Positions 8,782 through 16,571 of a stretch of 64,000 nucleotides of DNA are shown one piece after another. Origin of the DNA: a virus (taxonomy: Duplodnaviria; Caudoviricetes); the IMG/VR virus record IMGVR_UViG_3300037501_000255, one strand, 5' to 3'. Below the pieces are notes generated by a model. It saw nothing but the letters and a program-made list of their open reading frames with translations. It was not told where the DNA came from and ran no database searches. A program made the position numbers and the translations under genes. Every line of letters starts with the position of its first letter. Position 1 is the stretch's first letter.

Positions 8782-8860
8782 TTAGGTCTAGTTGATGGCT
8801 AGAGTGCCCTGGTGGGCGGTTCATTTTGGGTAAACGATAATCTAACCAATTCGGACCTAA
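8782..8860 (-). ncRNA. Y-RNA-like small RNA 3 (canonical topology)
   Basis: TAGGTCCGA-ATTGGTTAGA-TTATC-...-CTCTAGCCAT-CAA-CTAGACCTA; shares the loop motif TTTACxCAAAATGAACC with RNA 2. Confidence 0.78.
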
Positions 8861-8865
8861 AGTAG

Positions 8866-8940
8866 TGGTAGCCCCTGCCGGATTTGAACCGACGACCTTA
8901 TCCGTGTAAAGGATCTGCTCTACCGCTGAGCTAAGGGGCT
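8866..8940 (-). tRNA. tRNA-Val(UAC)
   Basis: AGCCCCT...GATCC-TT TAC AC-GGATA...AGGGGCT A CCA. Confidence 0.93.
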
Positions 8941-8977
8941 GCGGTGCCTTACGTATGCCTTGAACTGCTATATGCTG

Positions 8978-8987
8978 TAATTAATTA
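8978..8987. promoter_or_regulatory. Palindromic TAATTAATTA intergenic motif (1 of 7 copies)
   Basis: Exact copies start at 8978, 28294, 31276, 42395, 51346, 51628 and 55863, almost all at gene boundaries. Confidence 0.5.
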
Positions 8988-8993
8988 CTTATT

Positions 8994-9063
8994 TGGCAGG
9001 GGGGCTCGAACCCCCATCAACTATTTTGGAGACAGCCATTTTAGCTATTAAACTACACCACTA
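8994..9063 (-). tRNA. tRNA-Trp(CCA), 3' acceptor strand shortened
   Basis: GCTGT-CT CCA AA-ATAGT anticodon arm. The T arm is followed directly by TGCCA; the missing bases lie beside a C/G run, so assembly collapse is possible. Confidence 0.65.
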
Positions 9064-9078
9064 TCTTGAAGAATGATT

Positions 9079-9205
9079 TAGTGGGCCCGGTGGGACTCGA
9101 ACCCACACCGCTTTTATTCCAAAAAATGATAACGATTCTCTGTCGTACCCAAAGGGTCAGGTGGTGAGAACCACTAGTTTTGTGCTACCGTTACAACACG
9201 GGCCC
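9079..9205 (-). ncRNA. tRNA scaffold carrying a permuted Y-RNA-like helix instead of an anticodon arm
   Basis: GGGCCCG/CGGGCCC acceptor stem, D arm and T arm GTGGGTTCGAGTCCCAC; centre GGTTCTC-ACCA-CCTGACCC-TTT-GGGTACGA-CA-GAGAATCG-TTATC; 3' end ACTA. Confidence 0.65.
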
Positions 9206-9233
9206 GTGTATCAATATTAAACCATACTTCTTG

Positions 9234-9917
9234 ATGTCTAAAGTCAAGCTCCTCAGCCTAATTCTCGGCTGCCTCTTTCTCCTATTTGCTGGATGTAGAT
9301 CCAACCTAACTCACGAAGAGTTGCTTGCCTCGCGCATTGCCGAAGCAAGGCCGGCGATTGTTCATCTACTTGCGGAAGGTAGTAGTTGCTCCGCGTTTCA
9401 TGTTGGACACGAGCTTTTTATTACCGCAAGTCACTGTATCCGTCCCGATACGGAGTACATTATCGTAGATTCTGAGGATAATCCGTATGGGGTTCGCCCG
9501 ATACTTATTGATAGGGACCGGGATGTGACAGTGTTTGAGAGTAACGGATTTGAGGGCCAGCCCATGCAATTGTGGAATGAGCAGCTATACGGCTCTCCAA
9601 AGATAGGCTCTACGATAGTCAGTATGGGATTTCCAGGATATTATCTGCAAAACTTTGTTTTCGAAGAGGGTACCGTTCTAGACAAGAGAACTGATAATGG
9701 GGTGCGCCTTATCGTTAGTCGCGGAGTAAGTTATCCCGGAGAATCTGGTGGCCCAGTCATTTCATTGCAGAATGGTCAGGTGGTGGGGTTAGTACATGCA
9801 TTAGCGGAGCGTATTACCCACATAAATGACGATGTTCAAGTTCACAACACTTTAAGTCTGTTAGTTGCTTGGTCTGAAATAAGGACAGTCTTAGAGCAAG
9901 CTCGTAAGGTTAGATAA
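9234..9917 (+). CDS. Trypsin-like (S1) serine protease, predicted lipoprotein
   Basis: LLFAGC lipobox, TASHC, DRDVT and GESGGP motifs; start trimmed to ATG 9234. Confidence 0.85.
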   Translation: MSKVKLLSLILGCLFLLFAGCRSNLTHEELLASRIAEARPAIVHLLAEGSSCSAFHVGHELFITASHCIRPDTEYIIVDSEDNPYGVRPILIDRDRDVTVFESNGFEGQPMQLWNEQLYGSPKIGSTIVSMGFPGYYLQNFVFEEGTVLDKRTDNGVRLIVSRGVSYPGESGGPVISLQNGQVVGLVHALAERITHINDDVQVHNTLSLLVAWSEIRTVLEQARKVR

Positions 9918-9932
9918 CTTTAGGAGTTAACA

Positions 9933-10601
9933 ATGCTAATACGTAATATTCTAGCAGCTTTCATGCTGCTTGTAGTCAGCTCTTGCGCTATTTTCCGGCC
10001 GGCGCCAGTACAGGCTACGGTACAAGAATCGCGGGGTGCGGTGACGCACATCCTCTATGGGCAGCGTTCCTGCACAGCATTTCATATTGGGGATGGAAGA
10101 TTCATAACTGCCGCACATTGTTTCGGAGAGGATCTTGGAGGACCCATGGATGAGGTCCGCATGGTCAATGAACGCAATTTTCAATACTTCCCGAAAGTAG
10201 CGAAATTTAATAAGGCAAAAGATCTGGTGCTTTTGCTGGCCCCTGACTTTAAAGGGCCAGCGCTGTCCTTGTGGGATGGTGGATGGGACGGTCACATTCC
10301 GCGCGGAATGGAGCTCGTGGCTCTAGGATATCCTGGGTACTATGGTCTAGATTTCATCTTCGAGCATGGATTTATCAAAGATATAGTTAACTTTGAAGGG
10401 GTCGAGATGGTTGTCTCTGAGGAGGCGTCTTACTCCGGCGAGTCTGGTGGCCCCGTACTTTCTACTGCAAATGGAAAGGTTATCGGTATGGTAGATGCTG
10501 GTATAGAGCTTATTAATTGGCGTCGCTTTCCAATGCATGAGCATGTAAGCATTTCACTATTTGTGAGTGCCATGGAAATACGTGCTTTTCTAGCAAAGTA
10601 A
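9933..10601 (+). CDS. Trypsin-like (S1) serine protease paralogue, predicted lipoprotein
   Basis: VVSSC lipobox, TAAHC, KDLVLL and GESGGP motifs; tandem paralogue of the upstream gene. Confidence 0.85.
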   Translation: MLIRNILAAFMLLVVSSCAIFRPAPVQATVQESRGAVTHILYGQRSCTAFHIGDGRFITAAHCFGEDLGGPMDEVRMVNERNFQYFPKVAKFNKAKDLVLLLAPDFKGPALSLWDGGWDGHIPRGMELVALGYPGYYGLDFIFEHGFIKDIVNFEGVEMVVSEEASYSGESGGPVLSTANGKVIGMVDAGIELINWRRFPMHEHVSISLFVSAMEIRAFLAK

Positions 10602-10623
10602 ACTGCATCATCTACGCGGACGT

Positions 10624-10650
10624 GAGCGCCGGGATTTCTCGGCGCTTTTC
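10624..10650 (+). terminator. Intrinsic terminator after the protease pair
   Basis: GAGCGCC...GGCGCT hairpin followed by TTTT. Confidence 0.55.
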
Positions 10651-10798
10651 GTTTGCTCGGAAGCGGCACGCAGCTTTTCTTTAAGACTATCCAGTGCCCA
10701 CTTGACAGCGACAACACCATCATGACCTATATCGTAGGCTGATTGCTCTAGGCGCACTTCCTCTATCAGTTCTTCGATTTGTTTTATTTTCATATAAG

Positions 10799-10875
10799 TG
10801 GTTGGGGCGGCAGGACTCGAACCTGCAATAACTGGAATCAAAATCCAGGGTCCTAGCCAATTAGACGACGCCCCA
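10799..10875 (-). tRNA. tRNA-Gln(UUG)
   Basis: TGGGGCG...CTGGA-TT TTG AT-TCCAG...CGCCCCA A CCA. Confidence 0.95.
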
Positions 10876-10879
10876 GCGA

Positions 10880-11205
10880 AGTTTCCCCGCTATGATTGAG
10901 TCGATGCGCGGGGTGTGCATCTGCCATCCGATCAAATGGCGTTGCTTAAAATGATCGCCCGACGCTAATTTAAGAATAGGCGGTAGCGCAACCATACGCT
11001 ACTTTGCCTCCGAGTTTATAAGGCTCGGTGTCGGCAGTTATTTAGTGACCACCTGATGGCTTAATGGATCCATCACCCAAGTGGTGGTGCCTAACGGGCA
11101 CCAGTCGGTCTTTAGGCGACGGCCTTCCAGTAGCCTAAGCTTCACAGTATCTGGCAATACTTTTCTGCTGCGCACCGTCCGAGGTTTGAGATCTTAGGTG
11201 CCGTG
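10880..11205 (-). ncRNA. Unassigned ~325-nt multi-hairpin RNA
   Basis: No credible ORF and about eight consecutive hairpins, e.g. GTAGCG/CGCTAC, CCGAG/CTCGG, TGATGG/CCATCA, GGTGCC/GGCACC, GCCAT/ATGGC. Strand inferred from the flanking tRNAs. Confidence 0.5.
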
Positions 11206-11208
11206 AGA

Positions 11209-11304
11209 TGGTGGGAGGGGTTGGATTTGAACCAACTTTAACCAGATAACCTTCTTCTATCGGACAATTCAGTCTAGTAGTTGAAGACGGATTTGTCACT
11301 TCCC
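11209..11304 (-). ncRNA. Minihelix (acceptor stem, T arm, CCA) carrying a permuted Y-RNA-like helix
   Basis: GGGAAGT...CCGTCTTC-AACTA-CTAGAC-TGAATT-GTCCGA-TA-GAAGAAGG-TTATC...GTTGG TTCAAAT CCAAC-CCCTCCC-A-CCA; no D arm. Confidence 0.7.
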
Positions 11305-11307
11305 AAG

Positions 11308-11436
11308 TGGTGGAGGGGGCTGGACTCGAACCAGCGACACAGGGCATTTCATGCGATAACCGATTTCTGTCGGAACAGGAGTTCAAAAAGTTGAAATCGA
11401 ATTTGTTCCCTGCTCTACCAACTAAGCTACTCCTCC
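11308..11436 (-). ncRNA. tRNA scaffold (Phe-like) with a permuted Y-RNA-like helix in the anticodon region
   Basis: GGAGGAG/CCCCTCC-A-CCA with canonical D and T arms; centre TCGATTTC...TTTGAAC-TCCT-GTTCCGA-CA-GAAATCGG-TTATC. Confidence 0.75.
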
Positions 11437-11443
11437 AAAAAAA

Positions 11444-11728
11444 TCACTCCAGAGTCATGCAGCTAGTCGGAGGGCTATCGCAAGAAGCGGTGGCCAAATC
11501 AACTTCGCATGTCTTAATTTCCTTGACTGAAGACTTGATATCGTGATCGCATACTCGCTCCGACGCGAGTACTTCAAGACACTCCTCTACAGGCTGACCT
11601 GTGCACTCCGACGCCTTGCTACAATATGCTGCCATCATGGTACGACATGCACCTTGTTTTTCTTCTTGCGATTCCTTGCAGGCAGAAATCGAGAGGAGTA
11701 CAAATACATAAAGCAGGATCTTTTTCAT
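11444..11728 (-). CDS. Cys-rich lipoprotein
   Basis: LSISAC lipobox and eight further Cys in 94 aa. Confidence 0.7.
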   Translation of the reverse strand: MKKILLYVFVLLSISACKESQEEKQGACRTMMAAYCSKASECTGQPVEECLEVLASERVCDHDIKSSVKEIKTCEVDLATASCDSPPTSCMTLE

Positions 11729-11746
11729 TTTCTATTTCCTTTGTTA

Positions 11747-11869
11747 TGGCGGCGACATCCCGAATCGAACGGGAAACGCGCGTTTAACAGACGAGAATAA
11801 TCTTCAATCGGACCTCGGGTCGAGTGGCGAAGATCACTTTTTCGTGTGATACCATTTCACCATATCGCC
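11747..11869 (-). ncRNA. tRNA scaffold with a permuted Y-RNA-like helix
   Basis: GGCGATA/TGTCGCC-G-CCA, D arm GTGAAATGGTATCAC and a T arm; centre GATCTTC-GCCA-CTCGACC-CGA-GGTCCGA-TT-GAAGATT-ATTC. Confidence 0.75.
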
Positions 11870-11950
11870 ACATGAGGGTGCTTTTTGGTTTTCAGAAGTT
11901 TCCCCCTACGCCTCAGGCAGCTGATAGTTTTCTAACCGCCACCTCAAAAT

Positions 11951-12083
11951 ACTTCCTAGCAGGACTCGAACCCGCACAGATCATATCGATAATTCATACC
12001 ATCGGACAGAGTCAATAACCGGTATGGTCGGCTGGTCACCAGATTTCTCTGGTCGTACTTACCAATTAGTACGATATAGGAAG
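11951..12083 (-). ncRNA. tRNA scaffold with an extra hairpin and a permuted Y-RNA-like helix
   Basis: CTTCCTA/TAGGAAG acceptor stem, D-like GTACTAATTGGTAAGTAC, hairpin CCAGA-GAAA-TCTGG, then CCATACC...TTGAC-TCT-GTCCGA-TGGTATGAA-TTATC and a T arm; no encoded CCA. Confidence 0.65.
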
Positions 12084-12085
12084 GT

Positions 12086-12164
12086 TGGTCAGAGTGGTGG
12101 GATTCGAACCCACACGGTATCCAGTTCCCAAAACTGGCGGCCTACCTCGTGGCCCTCACTCTGA
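12086..12164 (-). tRNA. tRNA-Pro(UGG)
   Basis: CAGAGTG...CCAGT-TT TGG GA-ACTGG...CACTCTG A CCA. Confidence 0.9.
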
Positions 12165-12702
12165 TAAACTCGTACACTCTTTCTTCTATGAGATTCCTAT
12201 ATCTCGAATGCCAGTATTGGTGATGTGTTGGGCATAGCGGCACCAAATTATCTGGATTATTGTTGTCCCTATCCTCATCCATATGGTGGACTTCTACGAT
12301 TAGGCTCTCTTCGCAGACGGCACACTTCTTTTTATTATTAGCGAAACACACTGTCCTGTAATTCTTAGGAGATCTGACTTCCGGCCCCTTCCTAAAGAAT
12401 TTATTTGCACATGCATAGGAGCATGTAGCTTTGCTCTTAGCGGGAGACGCTGGAGTAACAAATTCTTTATTGCAAACGGGGCAATTCTTATTAAGACGTT
12501 CGCATTTATACCTTGGCTTACCGAAATGAGTCGTTGAGAACCCTGTACACATCTGCTTTGCTTTTCTTATACCAGAACCGTTATTCGGAAAACCTAATCC
12601 GGTAGCCACATCAGAAAAAGAATTTGATCTTTTAATCAGATCAACCAAGAAAACGTCCGGCATGCGCCATTTATAGGCTTGGCGCATGCTATTGGACGAC
12701 AA
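12142..12702 (-). CDS. Free-standing HNH (homing-type) endonuclease with Zn fingers
   Basis: CPVC..CSYAC, CAVC and EVHHMDEDRDNNNPDNLVPLCPTHH motifs. Confidence 0.8.
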   Translation of the reverse strand: MSSNSMRQAYKWRMPDVFLVDLIKRSNSFSDVATGLGFPNNGSGIRKAKQMCTGFSTTHFGKPRYKCERLNKNCPVCNKEFVTPASPAKSKATCSYACANKFFRKGPEVRSPKNYRTVCFANNKKKCAVCEESLIVEVHHMDEDRDNNNPDNLVPLCPTHHQYWHSRYRNLIEERVYEFIRVRATR

Positions 12703-13499
12703 TTTATTTATTCACATGTCGTACGTCTCAAGCACATCGACGATAGTAGGACGAGACGTATCAACCTCGACCGGGCCATTTACTTCGATGCGATCCCACT
12801 CATCATCATCAATGCCGTCCTCGCCAAAGTAACGAGCTACAAATTCAGGCTCATCATCGATATGCATAACAAACGTGTGGTCTGCACTCTGATACACAAC
12901 CAAGGTCATCATATCTATACCCAGCTTTCCTTTAAAAAGTTTATTGTTCTGTGTTGACGGTCAAATGCCTTTTGGCGACGAAACTCCCTTACACGTACTC
13001 TGAACAGGAGATATGCTAAAATGCCCTCAGACAAAGATAGGGTAAAGTCCGGTGCATCACTCAGGTATAGTCTGAACATATGTCCGCCATACCTGTTGGG
13101 CACATACTGCGGCGCGTACGCAATGCTTTTACGGCCTGTATCAAACTCGCGCACCAGGGAATAGGTGTCATCATGGTCAACAACCCTCCACATACTTGGC
13201 TCGCGCATGCTTCACACTAGCCGTCGAATGTATGGTGTTTCGTCGAGCTTGATTATGTTACTCATAGACATTGCTGAGCAGGATGTTTGTGGTATTTGCG
13301 CTTCAGCCGGTAGCCTGGTCACTGGGCGAGTCCTCCGGCACGGTGACGACAAGCGCCGCAAACTAACTCATAAATTCGGCCCATGATTGAAATGCGGCAT
13401 CTTTTGCTCTGCCATCCTGTTGGTATTGGACAAAGATCGCGCCATTGCCCAGCTGACGCGCGTTAATATTCGCTACGCTCATGGAACCTCCTGTAAAAT

Positions 13500-13574
13500 T
13501 GGTGACCCGTGAGGGAATCGAACCCTCGTTACAGGAATGAAAATCCTGCGTCCTTGCCGCTAGACGAACGGGCC
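13500..13574 (-). tRNA. tRNA-Glu(UUC)
   Basis: GGCCCGT...CAGGA-TT TTC AT-TCCTG...ACGGGTC A CCA. Confidence 0.95.
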
Positions 13575-13650
13575 GTACCAGCGTAACGTGCTGGAGTCGC
13601 TGCATCTGGTTGTACTGCACAGTGACCGGCTTGTCCTAGCAGGAGGATGC

Positions 13651-13726
13651 TGGTGGGTCAGGTGGGAATCGAACCCACGACTTCCGGATTAAAAGTCCGT
13701 TACTCTTCCGGCTGAGTTACTGACCC
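13651..13726 (-). tRNA. tRNA-Lys(UUU)
   Basis: GGGTCAG...CGGA-CT TTT AA-TCCG...CTGACCC A CCA. Confidence 0.95.
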
Positions 13727-13790
13727 GGCGTGGCAATTCGAACTGCCGACCTTCACGTTCGTAGCGTAACGCTCACTGAGCTAATGGGGC
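13727..13790 (-). pseudogene. Degenerate tRNA-Arg(ACG)
   Basis: TTACG-CT ACG AA-CGTGA anticodon arm and T loop present; D loop collapsed to AGT; acceptor strands do not pair. Confidence 0.55.
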
Positions 13791-13864
13791 TCGGTGACGC
13801 CGAGTGTGTGGGCTTATGCCCGCCGAGCGGGCCCCTAGACAATTAATTTTTTATCTGCTACAAT

Positions 13865-14530
13865 CTACAGCATTTGATCATTATCTTTGTGGGAATGTCT
13901 GAGAAGAAGACTTACGCCAAAGATTAGGATTGCGATTGGAAGCATCCCGTGCAACTTGGCGGTTGCAATAATTACCAGCGCGGCGCTTAATATGACGGAT
14001 GTGTTAAGAGCCATTTTCGTCGCCCGAGCATGACCGAATTTCAGTTGCAATGCGGCCCTAAGAATACGACCTCCGTCCATTGGAAATATGGGCAACATAT
14101 TGAAAATTACTATGGCAATATTTGTCACTCCTAGAGTAGTCAGTATTGTAACTCCCGAAATGAGCATCCTGCCTGACGCCACGCTGGCAACGGCGGCATC
14201 CAGAAGGAGTGCAGCAGCGGCAATTGCCGCACTTAGCGCCGGACCCGCAAATGCAATTATGACCTCCTGCTTTGGAGTAACTCCAGTTAAATCTAATGAT
14301 GCAGCTCCGCCAAAGTAGTGCAGTACAATCTTCGTAGATGGTAATCCGTACTTGCGGGCAGCAAGTACATGCGCATATTCGTGAGCTAGTATCGAAGCAA
14401 AGAGCATGATTGCCAATACGACTCCTGCTGCGCCCAAAGAGAATATCATTCCGCCAACAGCGAGGAGTATGCTCCAATGTAGGAAGACTGGCACACCCAA
14501 AGCAGAGCCTAATTTAAGAGACGATCTCAT
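13865..14530 (-). CDS. Site-2 protease (peptidase M50)
   Basis: LGVPVFLHWS, HEYAH, FAGP and NMLPIFPMDGGR motifs; own ATG at 14530. Confidence 0.85.
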   Translation of the reverse strand: MRSSLKLGSALGVPVFLHWSILLAVGGMIFSLGAAGVVLAIMLFASILAHEYAHVLAARKYGLPSTKIVLHYFGGAASLDLTGVTPKQEVIIAFAGPALSAAIAAAALLLDAAVASVASGRMLISGVTILTTLGVTNIAIVIFNMLPIFPMDGGRILRAALQLKFGHARATKMALNTSVILSAALVIIATAKLHGMLPIAILIFGVSLLLRHSHKDNDQML

Positions 14531-15010
14531 TCCCCCCCCCCATCGCGCAACCTCGTGAATAAATCTCTTTCTACCCGACATAAAAGTCCACCGTAAAACG
14601 GCACCATACCTACTATGACGGGAGTGCTGCACCCACCTTTGATCTATCTCGGGTATTGTAGCTAAGGTATCTAAATAGAATCCCCATCTGGCCTCCGGTA
14701 TTAATGCTCCGAAATACACGTGGTATGAGTTGCCGCTGCTATAGATGCAGTATGGTGCCCCCGCAGAATTCATATTTGCAATAGAGGAGCAGATGGTCCT
14801 AACTCGCTCTAGGCTTGGCCGGCCGATAAAATCTATCATTGGCAGATGCACTCTTCTACGCGAATCACTTAACAGCAGACCGGAGGCTATGCCAATCTCG
14901 TATCCCGGTCTTATGTTGAAACTGGCGAGCAGCGCGCCAAACTGAGATTCGTCCACCAACTTTCCTAGATCAATATCGACCAAGCTCTGGGTATTATTTG
15001 TAACGTACAC
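14527..15010 (-). CDS. Primase-polymerase (AEP)-like protein
   Basis: YSSGNSYHVY and IDQRWVQHS motifs. The ORF track fuses it to the M50 gene across a long G run, probably as an artefact. Confidence 0.45.
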
Positions 15011-15168
15011 GCCTGGATCAACTGCCGGATAATCGACGGGGAATAATGTGCATAGAGTTAATTTCCACTGCGACGCACATTCCCTAATAATTTTAGCTAC
15101 AAATCTGTAGGGGTGGTTGCTGCAAAGCGCTCATATTCCGAAGGCTGCGGGCGCATAAAATTCATGGT

Positions 15169-15840
15169 TCACCTCGCCTGTGACACTTGCTGCTCTTTAA
15201 CCTCTACCTTGGATGAGCTCTCCATATGTTTTTTGATTTTCGTCGCAGCAAAAGCCGCGGCGGCACCGAGAACTGCTGCCATCAGTACCCACGAACCTCT
15301 TTCCTCGACGCGAACTTCCTTGTCCAATTCTTCCAGGTTATACCCATATAAGTCTCCTGTCGTACGATCGCAGAGCGGCAGAATATTCGCTTCTGCACAA
15401 TTGATAAGGTGCTCTTCGTCGTTGAACGATAGGAAGTATTTATTCACATCAACATGATTGTGTACGCCGTGCAGATCAATGCCATTAGCATAAGCGAATG
15501 CCTCTACACGCAAGAAGTACTCTTTATACTTTTCAAAAGTCGATGGCTCTACCATTACTCCAAAGACGTACCACTCTCTATTACCATAGCATGTGAACGC
15601 TGGTCCCGATGTACGGTGCAGCTTACCTCTCCACATCCAGTGCTGTCTATTGTGCGCTTCGAGAAGGCAGGGGCGATCTGCTGTGGAATGTAGGAGGTGT
15701 ACCGTCTTATGCACCGGGTGAGTATACGTGTATGCTTCGATGCTCTCGTCGTACTCAATTTGAGTATCAGCAATCTCCTCGGGGAGGATAGCTATCTTGT
15801 ACTCGCCTCTATCATTAATATAGGATACAGTTGATTCCAT
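15169..15840 (-). CDS. Hypothetical protein with LHRxxGPA-type repeats and a C-terminal TM helix
   Basis: LHSTADRP and LHRTSGPA...REWY repeats typical of large-phage hypothetical proteins. Confidence 0.55.
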   Translation of the reverse strand: MESTVSYINDRGEYKIAILPEEIADTQIEYDESIEAYTYTHPVHKTVHLLHSTADRPCLLEAHNRQHWMWRGKLHRTSGPAFTCYGNREWYVFGVMVEPSTFEKYKEYFLRVEAFAYANGIDLHGVHNHVDVNKYFLSFNDEEHLINCAEANILPLCDRTTGDLYGYNLEELDKEVRVEERGSWVLMAAVLGAAAAFAATKIKKHMESSSKVEVKEQQVSQAR

Positions 15841-15864
15841 AAATTCCTTTCTTGAGGTACTAGA

Positions 15865-16221
15865 ATGATTTCTAAATTGGCGACCCTGGCCAACGAACTG
15901 GGTGCAGCCGGGCTATACACGGAGGCTGATTTGATCGATGAATTGCTTGTCAAAGAGGCTGTTGAGGTTAAGTCGCGCAACCGACCAAGTCCGGCTCTTG
16001 ACAGCACCCATCCCAAAGTTAAAGACAAGAAAGATCACTTTCCTCTAGGGAATATCTCTCAGGCGAGAAATGCTCTCGCCAGAGTTAATCAATTTGATTA
16101 GAAACCTGAGTGGTGGGATGGAACGCTGCAGGAGTTGGTGAACACAGTTGTTAAGGCCGTAAGAAAGCGTTACCCGTCTATTGAAATTAGTAAGGCTTCT
16201 AGAAAGCCTGGCAAGGACTAG
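15865..16221 (+). CDS. Hypothetical protein with an internal in-frame TAG (16099-16101)
   Basis: The frame continues plausibly after the TAG (NQFD*KPEWWDGTLQELVNTVVKAVRKRYPSIEISK) to a TAG at 16221, just before the next ATG; N-terminal LANELG..G motif. Confidence 0.55.
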
Positions 16222-16222
16222 T

Positions 16223-16568
16223 ATGCTACGCGCCCTAATTAGACTTGCAAATGACTTGGATGAAAGAGCTCGGTTCAGTGCGGCAGATGCCGTAGACCGG
16301 TCATCAAAGCATTTGTGGAAGATATATCCCCACCATTTAGCATTGAAGAAGCCGCTATAATAGCTGATGCTATAGGCATAGATTTTACAGAATCGGACTT
16401 CACTCTTAAGGATTTTCAAAAGGGTTTGGGTGTTGAGCTTGAGCACGGCGCGCGCGACCCAGAAACAGATGTGGTACACAAGAACTATCTTAGCGTAGGG
16501 CGTATAGCTTGGGCACATCTAAAAGAAGCCCTAAATACTATAGCAAGTTAGCCAAGATAGAATCCTAA
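16223..16568 (+). CDS. DUF5661-like protein, two apparent homopolymer frameshifts
   Basis: GLGVELEHG...IAWAHLKE motif. One extra G near 16298 and one extra C near 16530 would give a continuous MLRALIRLANDLD...YYSKLAKIES. Confidence 0.6.
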
Positions 16569-16571
16569 TTT

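Noticed and set aside
10880-11205. RNase P, SRP or 6S RNA identity for the hairpin-rich region
   Set aside because: I could not find the P4 GAGGAAAGUCC/AACAGAA motifs, the SRP domain IV motif or a long 6S-like rod.
3499-11546. ORF-track entries overlapping tRNA/ncRNA genes (e.g. 3499-3786, 3648-3923, 7445-7702, 11135-11386, 11307-11546)
   Set aside because: They translate tRNA sequence or its antisense and show no protein motifs, so they are spurious.
2165-12083. The recurring GATAA...TCGGACC motif as a CRISPR repeat or promoter
   Set aside because: Spacing is irregular, and each copy has a complementary partner strand with covariation, which indicates an RNA helix.
13865-15010. Apparent primase-like/M50 protease fusion (381-aa ORF)
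   Set aside because: The junction crosses a run of about 9 G directly before GAATGA. A one-base change gives the usual ATGA stop/start overlap of two genes, and homopolymer errors are common in this window.
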